From a virus: 64,000 nt of DNA. This document shows positions 21,088 through 31,372 of this stretch, in pieces. The notes under the pieces were generated by a model. The model ran no database searches and was not told where the DNA came from. It worked only from the letters and a program-made list of their open reading frames with translations. Every line of letters starts with the position of its first letter. The first letter of the stretch is position 1. The stretch covers positions 48,112 to 112,111 of IMG/VR virus record IMGVR_UViG_3300021138_000007; one strand, 5' to 3'. The translations under genes and the position numbers were made by a program.

Positions 21088-22258
21088 AATTATCCTCCAT
21101 CAATGGCCGATCACATTTATCGCACCATAAATTGTTTTTCTTCATATGTTTTTTAAGTTTTTCTAGTTCTTTGTCACAATCTTGTAATTTGCTTGTCCAT
21201 ACTTTAATTTCCGATTGATATTTATCTTGTTTTTGATTTAATTTATTCAGTTTAGACACAAGTTCTTGGGCTAAATCACATTTACTATTTAATTCATCGA
21301 GTCTAGAAAATATCTCTGTATTTTCATCATTGAAAAAAATCTTGATATTTTTCAATTTCTTTACTTGAGATTCTCTTTGGGATTCAAATAATTTGTATTT
21401 ATTCAATAAGCTATTTGCTAAACTTATTTTTGTATTTAACTTTTCCAGTTCATCAAATTCATTGGAATAACTCATTATTAACTTTGCTCTATCTATTTGT
21501 GATTTTAAACTTCTGGCTTGTTGCATTAACTGATTTTTCTTAAACAATAAATTATTTCCAAGATTTAACAAATCCCCCAAATCATCAATTTCTTTAGCAT
21601 CTAGCTTTAACTGAGCAAGTCTTTTTAATTTAATGGGAACGTCATTATACTCTTCCAACGACTGCTCAATCCTTTGTACTCTTGCCTCAGATGATTTCGC
21701 TTCTTTAGCGGCAGAATTCGCAGATGATTGTAAATTCTTAACAGCCTCTTCGTAATCACTAATTCCCGTTAAATCTGAAAGAACACGAGGAATTTCTGTG
21801 CTTGTCAAAGACACAATGAACAAATTTCCCATTTGTTCTGCATATGATACAGGACCATGAGAATCAATAATTGGTGGATTACCCAATGCTTCTAATGCCT
21901 CTTTGGGCAAAGAACTACCTATTTTCTCGCATACGCGCTCTTCACCATCAGGATAAGTTATATGAACAATATTTCGATCACCTTTAATGCGATGCACAAC
22001 ATGATTATCAGAAAACCATAAAGCTACACGAGCTTCTTTCTCTCCACAATGAATAAATGAATTATTCTTTGGTTGATTGTGAAGCGCGAAATTTAAGCCT
22101 CTCAATAAAGCTGATTTACCCACATCAGACGATCCCGTAATAATGTTAATCCCTGGAGTGAACGTTACCGTCGTATCTTTATGATCTTGAAAATTCTCAA
22201 TATGAGCTTTCTTAATGTAACGCTTTGTTTTAATAGTTCCATCTGTGCTGTCAGACAT
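21074..22258 (-). CDS. sbcC: SbcC/Rad50-like ATPase, N-terminal half ending at the zinc hook
   Basis: IENFQDH, GSSDVGKS Walker A, coiled coil, C-terminal CDKC. Confidence 0.87.
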   Translation of the reverse strand: MSDSTDGTIKTKRYIKKAHIENFQDHKDTTVTFTPGINIITGSSDVGKSALLRGLNFALHNQPKNNSFIHCGEKEARVALWFSDNHVVHRIKGDRNIVHITYPDGEERVCEKIGSSLPKEALEALGNPPIIDSHGPVSYAEQMGNLFIVSLTSTEIPRVLSDLTGISDYEEAVKNLQSSANSAAKEAKSSEARVQRIEQSLEEYNDVPIKLKRLAQLKLDAKEIDDLGDLLNLGNNLLFKKNQLMQQARSLKSQIDRAKLIMSYSNEFDELEKLNTKISLANSLLNKYKLFESQRESQVKKLKNIKIFFNDENTEIFSRLDELNSKCDLAQELVSKLNKLNQKQDKYQSEIKVWTSKLQDCDKELEKLKKHMKKNNLWCDKCDRPLMEDNCGIK

Positions 22259-22268
22259 AATACCTCAT

Positions 22269-22793
22269 CTATATTGCTTCTTCTAAAGATAAAGAAAAAA
22301 CAATTCCTGCAAAAAAGTTGTTTAAAGCATTTTCACGCTTAATGTTTTCAATACTATTATTGTGCAAAGTATCATAGATTTGTATATATTTTATTGAAAA
22401 TTCGTGAAGCAAAGTAATTGCGGCTGTTACAACACAATCACAATGATTGCTTGCAGGCACGTAAATTCGGTTACATCTGGGACATTCAATTTTCCTAATA
22501 TCTAAAACAGGACTCGCCCGTAGAGTCGAATAATCTCTTGGAAAATGCTCATTCGTTTTTAAATGAACAAAAAAGCATTGATGCATTGTGCTATATGAAG
22601 CATATTTAACTTTTCCTACAATTAAATCATTATAAAAAATATCAACTAACTCAGGCTTGTATTTCAATAAATTTTCTTGACTAACAACATATCCATCATG
22701 ACTAATATAATTAGAGATAAATAAAGGAATTTTTTTACTATTGTCATTGAGAGATATAATACTTCCTGTTTTGTATGTAAAATCAGCATTCAT
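22269..22793 (-). CDS. hypothetical protein with CxxC...HCxC cluster (start probably MNADFTY)
   Basis: Internal ATG at 22793 avoids overlap with the divergent gene. Confidence 0.5.
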   Translation of the reverse strand: MNADFTYKTGSIISLNDNSKKIPLFISNYISHDGYVVSQENLLKYKPELVDIFYNDLIVGKVKYASYSTMHQCFFVHLKTNEHFPRDYSTLRASPVLDIRKIECPRCNRIYVPASNHCDCVVTAAITLLHEFSIKYIQIYDTLHNNSIENIKRENALNNFFAGIVFSLSLEEAI

Positions 22794-22830
22794 AAAAAGG
22801 ATTATAGGCTGTAAATATAGAAATTTTCCA

Positions 22831-23019
22831 ATGATGGTACAAATTAAATTAGACAGGGATATGTTAGTTGAAGAATTGTATAGCCTACGTGCTTTGATTC
22901 CAACAGAAATCAATGAAGCTAATACAAAACTTATGGATATTATTCTTTTGGTTCAAAATGCTCCAGTGGATACAAATCAAGCATCATACCCTAGAATAAA
23001 CGGCAGAAGAAGAGGCTAA
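22831..23019 (+). CDS. small hypothetical protein (MMVQIKLDRD...)
   Basis: ATG just downstream of AGGA-N19-AAAT motif. Confidence 0.5.
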   Translation: MMVQIKLDRDMLVEELYSLRALIPTEINEANTKLMDIILLVQNAPVDTNQASYPRINGRRRG

Positions 23020-23022
23020 AAA

Positions 23023-23412
23023 TTGAACGAATTTCAAACAGCTATAAAACTTGCTCATCATTTAGATGCAACGGGGAATTACCATCTCGCTGATGAAATT
23101 GATCACATTTTGATAAAATATGCGCAAAATGCCATTTTACCTGGCAATAATCAAACATATGATCAACAAATTAATCAAATTAACCAAAATTTAGTAACAA
23201 TGGATAGAAACTATAGCAATATGTTTAATTTGTTCAAATTACAACTTAATAGAATTATTCAGCAAATGAATAATACACCAGGAGCGTCTCCGTCAACAGC
23301 AACTTCGGCAGGAGCACCTTCGGCAACTGAATCACAACCAGTAAATAATCCTACAAACAATCCAAATATTAATGTTCCTTCTGGTGGAACTGTTAATATC
23401 AATACTTTATAG
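23023..23412 (+). CDS. hypothetical protein with LDxxG...ADxxD N-terminal motif, possibly virion-associated
   Basis: IKLAHHLDATGNYHLADEIDHILIKYAQ followed by a Q/N/S-rich tail. Confidence 0.6.
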   Translation: MNEFQTAIKLAHHLDATGNYHLADEIDHILIKYAQNAILPGNNQTYDQQINQINQNLVTMDRNYSNMFNLFKLQLNRIIQQMNNTPGASPSTATSAGAPSATESQPVNNPTNNPNINVPSGGTVNINTL

Positions 23413-23711
23413 TGAATGGTATGAAATTAAAAGAACTCAAATCTATACAGGAAAAAGCTTTAATCAATGAAGCAACTATCGCAGATGTTATTATGATCGT
23501 AAGCGAACATTTTGTTTCGTCTAGTGAACATAATAAAAAAACTAATGCGTTGCTTGAAAAGATTTTAGATAATCAAAACAAATTGTTATCTAAAATTGAA
23601 ACATTGGAAACATATGTACTTTCGCCAATTTATCAAGGGATTTTCGAAGAAGAGGAAGAAGAAATTCCTTCCTCTTCTTCGGAGGAAAATGAAGAGGAAG
23701 AGGAAGATTAA
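23412..23711 (+). CDS. hypothetical protein with acidic tail
   Basis: ORF track. Confidence 0.55.
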   Translation: MNGMKLKELKSIQEKALINEATIADVIMIVSEHFVSSSEHNKKTNALLEKILDNQNKLLSKIETLETYVLSPIYQGIFEEEEEEIPSSSSEENEEEEED

Positions 23712-24520
23712 AATTTCTTTCTAACTCTGATAGGAGGAAGCAAAATTTCTGAACTCTTTTGGGTAAACTTTTGCTTGTTTGCAGTGGCCTGTAAATCAGC
23801 TAAATTTAAATCAATACGAAACTTCTTGTCTGTAGCCAAACAACAATAAATGCCGTCACCGACAGGATATACATCAGAAGTATTAGTGAAAGGAGAAAGT
23901 ATTTCCCACTCTCCATTATCTAAAGCCACAATGGTTCCAAAAGGCAATGTACTTCGAGTATTAGTCTCTACAACAGCATCGCCAGATAATGTATCATAAT
24001 CTTTACTGATCATTCCTAAACGACGTTTTCCTTCAATACTTAAATCTTCGTTTTCAATATCGTCTAACATATCAATATCGTCCATAATCAAAGTGCGCTC
24101 TTGAATGTTACCATTTTTATCTTTAGTTAAAACTTTAGCAACATTATCCCCATTGTCTGAAACGCTATTGGCATTTAATTCCTTAAATAAAGCATCTGTA
24201 ATTGCGTTATGTTGTTTAATCTGCTCGTCATTTAAAACAGGCTCAACAGTTTTCACATGATTTAATTCTCCATAAAGAACTAATGCTCTCATTGCCATAG
24301 AAGCAAAATCTGCCTGTGCGTCTTCTTTAACAGCATTAATGCAAGCCTGAGCAATTCTTGCCGCTGCCAATAAACCGCCAGTAGGCATAACTCCCACTTG
24401 ATCCATAAAATGCTTCTTTAAAGCATTTAAAACAATTTGCTCTTCATTACTTAATCCAGAAGTTTGAATCTTTGATTCAAATAATGCCTGTCCACGTTGC
24501 TGATTGTAATCTAATGTCAT
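23708..24520 (-). CDS. hypothetical protein
   Basis: 270-aa ORF with a GGAG Shine-Dalgarno sequence upstream. Confidence 0.7.
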   Translation of the reverse strand: MTLDYNQQRGQALFESKIQTSGLSNEEQIVLNALKKHFMDQVGVMPTGGLLAAARIAQACINAVKEDAQADFASMAMRALVLYGELNHVKTVEPVLNDEQIKQHNAITDALFKELNANSVSDNGDNVAKVLTKDKNGNIQERTLIMDDIDMLDDIENEDLSIEGKRRLGMISKDYDTLSGDAVVETNTRSTLPFGTIVALDNGEWEILSPFTNTSDVYPVGDGIYCCLATDKKFRIDLNLADLQATANKQKFTQKSSEILLPPIRVRKKF

Positions 24521-24541
24521 TTTTGTTTTTCTCCATTAATA

Positions 24542-25174
24542 ATGTTAATTTATACAAAATTTGCCATTATTAATGGAGAGGTGATGTGTATGAGTAGGAA
24601 TCCAGCGTATAATGCGTTTTTAAATAAAGTAAATGAAACAATTGTCAATGAGGCTGAAAATAACTTTTTTGGAAAAGTTCCGAAACAAAACGTAATTCAA
24701 GATGGAACAGCTATTACAAAAGCTATGCTTATTACTTATGAAGCTAAAGACACAGATTACGCCAGTAATGGTAAACCTATGGGTAATTTGAGACTATCAG
24801 AAAAAATGGGAATTGCACCCTGGAAAGCTGTATTACTTAGAATGAGTGATAAATTAAGCAGAATCGAAAGCTTTATTCAAAGAGGCGAATATTCTGTTGA
24901 AGATGAAAAAGTCACAGATACACTTATTGACTTTGCAAACTATGCATTGCTAGGAAGATGTTTATTTGATGAATATTTTGAAGATCAAAAAACAAACAAT
25001 GTTTTAGATGCTCAAACAAATTGGCTCAGTTTGTCATATCTGTGTGTGAAATCAAAACTACTTTATGAATATAACAAAAATGAAGAATATGAAACAATAA
25101 AGTGGAGCCAAAATAATTGGGAACAAGTTAAATATTACTTTGAACTTCTTTGTGAATTCGCAAGAAGCGTATAA
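24542..25174 (+). CDS. nucleotide-modification-associated domain (DUF1599/MazG-like); start probably near 24590
   Basis: K..DY...N......G......R..DK..R...E...DTL.D.ANY pattern. Confidence 0.75.
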   Translation: MLIYTKFAIINGEVMCMSRNPAYNAFLNKVNETIVNEAENNFFGKVPKQNVIQDGTAITKAMLITYEAKDTDYASNGKPMGNLRLSEKMGIAPWKAVLLRMSDKLSRIESFIQRGEYSVEDEKVTDTLIDFANYALLGRCLFDEYFEDQKTNNVLDAQTNWLSLSYLCVKSKLLYEYNKNEEYETIKWSQNNWEQVKYYFELLCEFARSV

Positions 25175-25263
25175 CGGAATCATTAATACTATCCTTTGTA
25201 GGAATTTAAGCTATTATGGAAGAATATTCTTTTATAATAGCTTAAGCTTAAATAGAGGATAAT

Positions 25264-26127
25264 ATGCCCATTTTACCACCAGAACTTATATCGACTTGGT
25301 ATATTATGTATGATACCAGTACAGGTAATCCTACATATAGACTATTAGAAAATTGGTCTGAATCACAATCACAATCTGTTACGCCTAAACCGCTCTTGCA
25401 AGGTGATATAGGTACGCATGTAATGGATATTGGAGGGATTAAATATACAACAACAATTAATTCTCCTGTTGTGATTGTGGAAACTAATGGAGGAACAGAT
25501 ATTACATCTGTTTTTGATTTATTATTAACTAGCTTTAATGTTATTTTTGATCCAACATTACAAAGCGATCCAAATCTTACTTATATTCTTAAATCAGCCG
25601 CCATAAACATAAGACAAGAAGGCGTTACTGTGGACTTAACATATTGGTCTAGCCAACCAGGAGCATTTCAACCAGCTTACATTAGCCCATTTGATTTTAT
25701 CGCAAGAACAGCTAGATTTTATGATACTACCTTCGTGGTTAATGATTCAGACGTCACTGGTAATTATCAAATTATAACTGGCTCAATCAATATTGATGTG
25801 AATTTATCTGAAAATTATTTTATTAATACAGGTTCACAATTGCCTTATTTTGGTATACAGGGTTACACTGTTAAAGGTAATGTGGATATATTGGCGACAC
25901 CTATCACCAATACCTCTAATAATATCTTTGATAGGTTTTTTGTTACAGCACAAAGTCCTGGTATATTAAATACAATTAATGCCAATACATCATTAAAAAT
26001 TGGCAACGTACAATTAAATTTAGGGCAAACTAGCGTAGTCAATAATTCAAGTATTAAAATGTCACCTAATCAACCAACTACAGTGAAATTAGAATTCAAC
26101 TCTTATGTTAGATATACATCTGTATAA
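25264..26127 (+). CDS. probable virion structural protein (beta-rich, T/S/N-rich)
   Basis: Composition, GAGG SD and upstream AGGA-N19-AATA motif. Confidence 0.5.
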   Translation: MPILPPELISTWYIMYDTSTGNPTYRLLENWSESQSQSVTPKPLLQGDIGTHVMDIGGIKYTTTINSPVVIVETNGGTDITSVFDLLLTSFNVIFDPTLQSDPNLTYILKSAAINIRQEGVTVDLTYWSSQPGAFQPAYISPFDFIARTARFYDTTFVVNDSDVTGNYQIITGSINIDVNLSENYFINTGSQLPYFGIQGYTVKGNVDILATPITNTSNNIFDRFFVTAQSPGILNTINANTSLKIGNVQLNLGQTSVVNNSSIKMSPNQPTTVKLEFNSYVRYTSV

Positions 26128-26137
26128 TTGTTGTACT

Positions 26138-26725
26138 ATGCCTAAAAAGACAAAGAAAACTAAACCAAAAGCTCCCACTGTTAAAAAAGCTTTTGTGTTT
26201 CACACAGTGACACCAGAAGAAAACTTACCAGATGGATCATTGCTTCTGAAATTTACCATTCCTGGAAGACCAGCAACTAAAAAAACACACCAAAGAATTG
26301 TTAGACTTGGTGGTTTTAATCGCATACTTCCCTCTATACAATATGAAAAATATGAAAAAGAATGCAAAAAATACTGTGAAGATGTTTGGAAGAAAATAGG
26401 TAAACCACCTATGGATTTTGGAGTTTCAGTATGTATAAAAATTGCTGTTGATACTTGGGTGCTGGGAGATGTAACTGGATATCAACAAGCAATAGGAGAT
26501 ATTCTTGAAAAACATGGAGTCATAGCAGATGATATGTGGATTCATTGGACAGATGAAGATACTCATACGATGTTGGAACCAGATAAAGTCAATCCAAGAG
26601 TTGAAATTACTATCAGAAGATTTAGACATCCTAAAGAAAATTATAGAATTCAACAAGAAAATGACGAAAATAGAAAAATAGCTAAAAGATTAGCCAAAAA
26701 TAAGGATCAAGATGGCACAACTTAA
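26138..26725 (+). CDS. rusA: RusA-like Holliday junction resolvase
   Basis: FTIPGRP.TK...GDVTGY..AI.D.L...GVIADD...NPRVEITI. Confidence 0.78.
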   Translation: MPKKTKKTKPKAPTVKKAFVFHTVTPEENLPDGSLLLKFTIPGRPATKKTHQRIVRLGGFNRILPSIQYEKYEKECKKYCEDVWKKIGKPPMDFGVSVCIKIAVDTWVLGDVTGYQQAIGDILEKHGVIADDMWIHWTDEDTHTMLEPDKVNPRVEITIRRFRHPKENYRIQQENDENRKIAKRLAKNKDQDGTT

Positions 26726-27041
26726 AACAATTAATATTATTGATATCAAAGGCTTGAACGATGATGAAATTATAGAAGTCGCTCAAAATTTAGAAGATGA
26801 TGATCCAAGTACACTTTACTTTTTAGTATCATTTGAACTTCAATTTTCTCTAGAAGAACAAGATAATAAAACATTGCTGACGCTTGAAATCAAAGACGCA
26901 GAACAAAGCGATTTTGAAAATTTCGTCTACAATTTGGCGTATGTACCTGATTATTATGATGATTTGATCATTAAAGTCATTAATGCGGATCAATATAATA
27001 CCGATAAACTCGAAGGATTTACAATCAAAGAAGAAAAATGA
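26712..27041 (+). CDS. hypothetical acidic protein
   Basis: ORF track. Confidence 0.55.
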   Translation: MAQLKTINIIDIKGLNDDEIIEVAQNLEDDDPSTLYFLVSFELQFSLEEQDNKTLLTLEIKDAEQSDFENFVYNLAYVPDYYDDLIIKVINADQYNTDKLEGFTIKEEK

Positions 27042-27047
27042 TAGATG

Positions 27048-27318
27048 TATGGTAGAAATTTTTACATTCGAGCAATTTTCAGATGATAAAATCAAATTAA
27101 TGTGGAATACCCTTTATAATCTCTACATTATTAAAGACAAACCTGTGGGGTGGAAATTAACTCCTCCATTCCTTGATTCTCTTTGTGTGTTGCTTAATGT
27201 TCCAACAGAACCTACATATAATTTAATTTTGAAAGAAAAATTTTTGGGTGTAGGAATTGATATAACAACTAAACAACCTTGCTTGATTGGAGAAAATGGT
27301 TTTTTTGTTCTATATTAA
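27048..27318 (+). CDS. hypothetical protein (MVEIFTF...)
   Basis: Internal start of the 26983-27318 ORF. Confidence 0.5.
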
Positions 27319-27323
27319 TATTT

Positions 27324-27378
27324 AAAAATTCCTTCATAATCCCAAGCTTTTTAGGCTTGGGATTATGAAGGAATTTTT
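27324..27378. terminator. bidirectional terminator, 24-bp perfect inverted repeat
   Basis: aaaaattccttcataatcccaagc-tttttag-gcttgggattatgaaggaattttt between convergent genes. Confidence 0.8.
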
Positions 27379-27390
27379 ATTTCAACAATA

Positions 27391-27951
27391 CTAAACGTTT
27401 TCACTACTTAATTTCTTTGTAATAGGATTATATATAATAATGTGCTTGTTCTTTTTACGAGCATACTCTACACAATTATAAGTTCCACCCTTGGGATTTC
27501 CATCAAATACAGCTAACAAAGTATCTGATTGATCCACCATATAATGGTTTCGCGCATGTAACCAACCAACAACACTGCGATCATGATTGTAAACAGCAGC
27601 ATCCTCGGCATCTAAAAGCTCATCTAAACTATATACACGCTTTTCACTCACAACATAAATAGTATCAGAATTTTGAGCAATATTTACCCAATTATTTACA
27701 TGCCTGTCTGTCCATGATTTCTTTGTTTGACCAATAAAAGGCACAGCGGCAACCAAATTAATGTCATCCCGAAACTGCTTTTCTTCTACTAAAATTTTAC
27801 CAGCAATCTGATCTACGCCAATCGCCATACCAGTGTAAAAAGTTCGATAATCTTTATTAAGTGAAGAACGTATCAAACGACGCAATGCTTCCTCAACCAA
27901 TAAATCTTTCCCATAAAGATTGCGATGACCTGTAAATGCGAGAGTTTTCAT
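27391..27951 (-). CDS. SLOG-superfamily protein (YpsA/DUF1273-like)
   Basis: AFTGHR, TGMAIGVDQ, RNHYMVD.S, GGTYNCV.YA. Confidence 0.85.
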   Translation of the reverse strand: MKTLAFTGHRNLYGKDLLVEEALRRLIRSSLNKDYRTFYTGMAIGVDQIAGKILVEEKQFRDDINLVAAVPFIGQTKKSWTDRHVNNWVNIAQNSDTIYVVSEKRVYSLDELLDAEDAAVYNHDRSVVGWLHARNHYMVDQSDTLLAVFDGNPKGGTYNCVEYARKKNKHIIIYNPITKKLSSENV

Positions 27952-28087
27952 AAAAACTTCTACGCTCTTTATTCTTCTAAAATTGTTATTTTCAAATACA
28001 TTTTTAGAAAAAACTGCCTATAATTAAATGTTCATGAAAAAATTGTATAAACATTTATATACGAAACCCTTTCGTGAATAAATTGAA

Positions 28088-28459
28088 ATGAGGTATATAC
28101 CAAAAATGATTCCACAAGATATTCTCAACGACATGGATTCTGATACTCTTCCAGAAACTACAGTGACTGCGCAGCCTGTAATTAGCGATGAAGATTATCA
28201 GAGACTTGCTGTTCTCCGTAATACAATTATCGCTCTTAAAGCCGATAAATCAGATATCGCTGATGCTATCGAAGCCCGTAAACTTGCGCTACAGGAAGCC
28301 GAAGATGCATTGCTGTCTGTGAAAACACAGATTGAAGAAAATGCTAAAAAGCTTCAGGAAACGCTCGATGAAGTCATCGGGCCACTTGGTCTTGAAGGAC
28401 AATTCCAAATTGCAGATGACTCCCCGCACTACGTAACTCCTATGTCTGCTCAACAGTAA
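28088..28459 (+). CDS. hypothetical coiled-coil protein
   Basis: ORF followed by a hairpin terminator near 28472-28515. Confidence 0.65.
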   Translation: MRYIPKMIPQDILNDMDSDTLPETTVTAQPVISDEDYQRLAVLRNTIIALKADKSDIADAIEARKLALQEAEDALLSVKTQIEENAKKLQETLDEVIGPLGLEGQFQIADDSPHYVTPMSAQQ

Positions 28460-28530
28460 GAAAATTCTTACAAATTAAAATAGCATCATAGAGATATGAT
28501 GCTATTTTAATTTAAGGTATACTAAAAATT

Positions 28531-29142
28531 ATGAACTTCGATTTATCATTATTTATTAGAGAAAGTAATTTAATTGATCCACAACCTGATCAAAACGGTG
28601 GAGTCATTCCTGGCGCATTGCCAGGTGATCTACTTTATGATAATCAGAAAAATGCGTGGGATTATATAGAATCAATTAAAAATGATAAACAATGGACAAA
28701 AGATGTACCACTGAATATACATCGCCTACTTACAAAAGATGTGCCATTTTTTGAATATAATAACTTTTCAGGAAAATATCGCACTTATAATGTAACAGTA
28801 GGAGGTCACGCATGCCCTGCTTTTTATACCGTTCCAGGATTAATGGAAGATATATTAATACCGAAAATTAATCAACTCTTTAAAGGAGTGGAAATAGGAA
28901 AAATTGATAAAGATGTCGCCGCATGGTGGGTACATAACTGTTTTGAATGCATTCACCCATTCGTAGATGGAAATGGAAGAACAGGAAGATTAATGCTTAA
29001 TGCTTTTCTTTTAGCCAATCAAGGCGAACCCGAAATCGTGTACTTTAATAAAAGATTCGAGTACTATAATAAAATACAAACATTTAGAAATGAAAGATTT
29101 GGAGATATTCTTAATGAATACTATGAAAAATTTGTATCCTAA
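28531..29142 (+). CDS. Fic-domain protein (AMPylase-type)
   Basis: Complete HPFVDGNGRTGR motif. Confidence 0.92.
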   Translation: MNFDLSLFIRESNLIDPQPDQNGGVIPGALPGDLLYDNQKNAWDYIESIKNDKQWTKDVPLNIHRLLTKDVPFFEYNNFSGKYRTYNVTVGGHACPAFYTVPGLMEDILIPKINQLFKGVEIGKIDKDVAAWWVHNCFECIHPFVDGNGRTGRLMLNAFLLANQGEPEIVYFNKRFEYYNKIQTFRNERFGDILNEYYEKFVS

Positions 29143-29159
29143 AGAACGATAATAAATAT

Positions 29160-29846
29160 ATGAAAACTTATACTATTAGCCCCAGTGACTTAACATTCCT
29201 TTGGAAATCAAAAAGATGCTTTTATCTTAAATATGCACTTAATATCCAAAGACCAAGAATGCCCTTTCCACAAATATTTAATGAAATTGATGCATTAATG
29301 AAAGCAGAATTTAAAGATAAAAATCTTAATGACTTACATCCAAGTCTTCCAAAAGCAAAAGTATTAGATTTAAGTGAATGGGTGGAGAGTGTACCTTTTG
29401 CTGTTCCAGAATATGATATGCAAATTGTTATTAGAGGCAAAGTTGATACTGTTATTCAATTTGAAGATAATACATATGGCATTGTTGATAATAAAACTGC
29501 AAAAGTAGATAAACTTGAAGACTATAAATTAGCCATGAATGCATATGCATTTGCAACAGAACATTCAGCGGAAAAAGAAAAATATGGTAAAAAAGATTTA
29601 TCTATATCGCCAATTAGTAAATTGGGTTTGATTGTATATGAACCAAATCTTTTCACACTAGAACAAGAAGGCAATCTAAAAGGATCAATTCATTGGGTGG
29701 AAATAGAAAAAAATACAGATGCATTTCTTAAATTTTTAGGAAAAAGAGTTGCACCACTTCTTGCACAAAAAGAAGTACCCGCACCAGAAGAAAATGATGA
29801 ATGGTATAAATATGTAGAAAACTTTTACGTATCAACAGAGGAATAA
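29160..29846 (+). CDS. PD-(D/E)XK nuclease (RecB/Cas4-like superfamily)
   Basis: ISPS...CFY, GKVD...IVDNKT. Confidence 0.75.
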   Translation: MKTYTISPSDLTFLWKSKRCFYLKYALNIQRPRMPFPQIFNEIDALMKAEFKDKNLNDLHPSLPKAKVLDLSEWVESVPFAVPEYDMQIVIRGKVDTVIQFEDNTYGIVDNKTAKVDKLEDYKLAMNAYAFATEHSAEKEKYGKKDLSISPISKLGLIVYEPNLFTLEQEGNLKGSIHWVEIEKNTDAFLKFLGKRVAPLLAQKEVPAPEENDEWYKYVENFYVSTEE

Positions 29847-29848
29847 AT

Positions 29849-30124
29849 ATGAAAATTATGCAATTCCAATTGTTTAAAGAATTAACAAAAAATTGGTATG
29901 AATATCCCAAAAATGTTAGAAGAAAACAACTGCTATATTTATTAAAACCTAAAACATATTTTGATGTTCTGCGCTTAACAATAACAAGAAAAGCAAAATA
30001 TCAACTATTTGATCCTTTTTTATGCTATGATATAATTAAAACAGGAATGTATGGACAAACATATAGCGCAGACATACATGTTGCACCAATGATACCGTGT
30101 ATTAAAAATAATGATGATAAATAA
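29849..30124 (+). CDS. hypothetical protein
   Basis: ORF track. Confidence 0.5.
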   Translation: MKIMQFQLFKELTKNWYEYPKNVRRKQLLYLLKPKTYFDVLRLTITRKAKYQLFDPFLCYDIIKTGMYGQTYSADIHVAPMIPCIKNNDDK

Positions 30125-30719
30125 AGATTTAATTGAAGTTAATTTGAAATATGATATCTACGATTACAAAAATGCTTTAAACATATTGCAAAAAAATTAT
30201 GCCAAAGAGTATAATGAAATAATCGAATGTTTAAAATTGATCGTAATATCGAAAGATGATATTGTTGAGAATGGAGGTAATCAATCTAATATTGCAAAAA
30301 ATATTAAATCAATATTTAAAAATAAATATTGGAAAGATGAATGTCAAATATCTGCAAAAATTAGCGATCATGATATATACACTTCACATCATATAGATTT
30401 GTTTAAAAATAATATTGCTATAGAAGTGGAATGGAATAATAAAGATACTTTTTTCGACAGAGATATTCTAAACAATAACAAACTCTATAACAAAGAGAAA
30501 ATTTCACTGGCTGTAATTATTACAAGGAGCGATGATTTACAAGAAGTTTTTAATATACTAAATAAAGGAACTTCGTATGGAAGTTCCACTACACATATAG
30601 GTAAAATTAAAAACAAATTACTAGGAACAGAATGCCCAACAATTGTATTTGGCATAAAGCCAGAATTGATTTCTGAACAGCAATTTGAAAAACAAAAATC
30701 TCTCTTCGATTATTTTTAA
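30111..30719 (+). CDS. BglII/BstYI-family type II restriction endonuclease-like protein
   Basis: GGN.S.I; HHIDLFKNNIAIEVEWNNKDTFFDRD; IITR...YGSSTTH. Confidence 0.75.
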   Translation: MMINKDLIEVNLKYDIYDYKNALNILQKNYAKEYNEIIECLKLIVISKDDIVENGGNQSNIAKNIKSIFKNKYWKDECQISAKISDHDIYTSHHIDLFKNNIAIEVEWNNKDTFFDRDILNNNKLYNKEKISLAVIITRSDDLQEVFNILNKGTSYGSSTTHIGKIKNKLLGTECPTIVFGIKPELISEQQFEKQKSLFDYF

Positions 30720-30735
30720 TAATAAAAGAATAACT

Positions 30736-31338
30736 ATGAAAAAACAAGAACTAGATCAAATAATTAAAAGAAGAGGAATTCTATCAGAAGGACAAATTGA
30801 AGAACAATTTCCTAGAAGAAGATTCTCTCCCTCTATATCAAGAGATGTGTACTATGGAGCAAATGTTCCAGTGCAAGTCCTGTCAAGATGGGTGATGGGA
30901 TTAACTACGCATGATTCACCGTATATCGTAATCTCTATCACCGATCCTGGACAAAATCAATCACCAGACGAACAAGATCATGCGAAAATTCCTCAATCTC
31001 CAAATCTTAAAGCTATTCTCCCAGTATCATTCTATGATACGAATATAGATTATGAAAATGAAGAAAAAACTTATCCATGTATCAATGATCAACAAGCTGC
31101 AAGAATTGCTAAATTCTTGATGCAACATATAGTAAATAATAAACAAACTCCTATTGTGGTTTGTCATTGTGAAGCTGGTATTTCAAGAAGTTCTGGACTC
31201 GCGGCGGCGATAGTTAAATTCTTTGATGATGATAATGATGGGATGTGGATTTCTAATCATTTTTATCCCAATATGACGGTATTTATTAAAGTGTTTAATG
31301 CTCTTCAAAATGAATACATTAATTCGAAAAAGAAATAA
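30736..31338 (+). CDS. protein-tyrosine/dual-specificity phosphatase-like protein
   Basis: VISITDP; HCEAGISRS (CX5R) motif; PN. Confidence 0.82.
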   Translation: MKKQELDQIIKRRGILSEGQIEEQFPRRRFSPSISRDVYYGANVPVQVLSRWVMGLTTHDSPYIVISITDPGQNQSPDEQDHAKIPQSPNLKAILPVSFYDTNIDYENEEKTYPCINDQQAARIAKFLMQHIVNNKQTPIVVCHCEAGISRSSGLAAAIVKFFDDDNDGMWISNHFYPNMTVFIKVFNALQNEYINSKKK

Positions 31339-31372
31339 ATTCTCATAAGGTTAAATTGTATAATTTAATCTT

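Noticed and set aside
29160-29846. Cas4 as part of a CRISPR adaptation module
   Set aside because: Lacks the four-Cys Fe-S pattern; no cas1/cas2 or array
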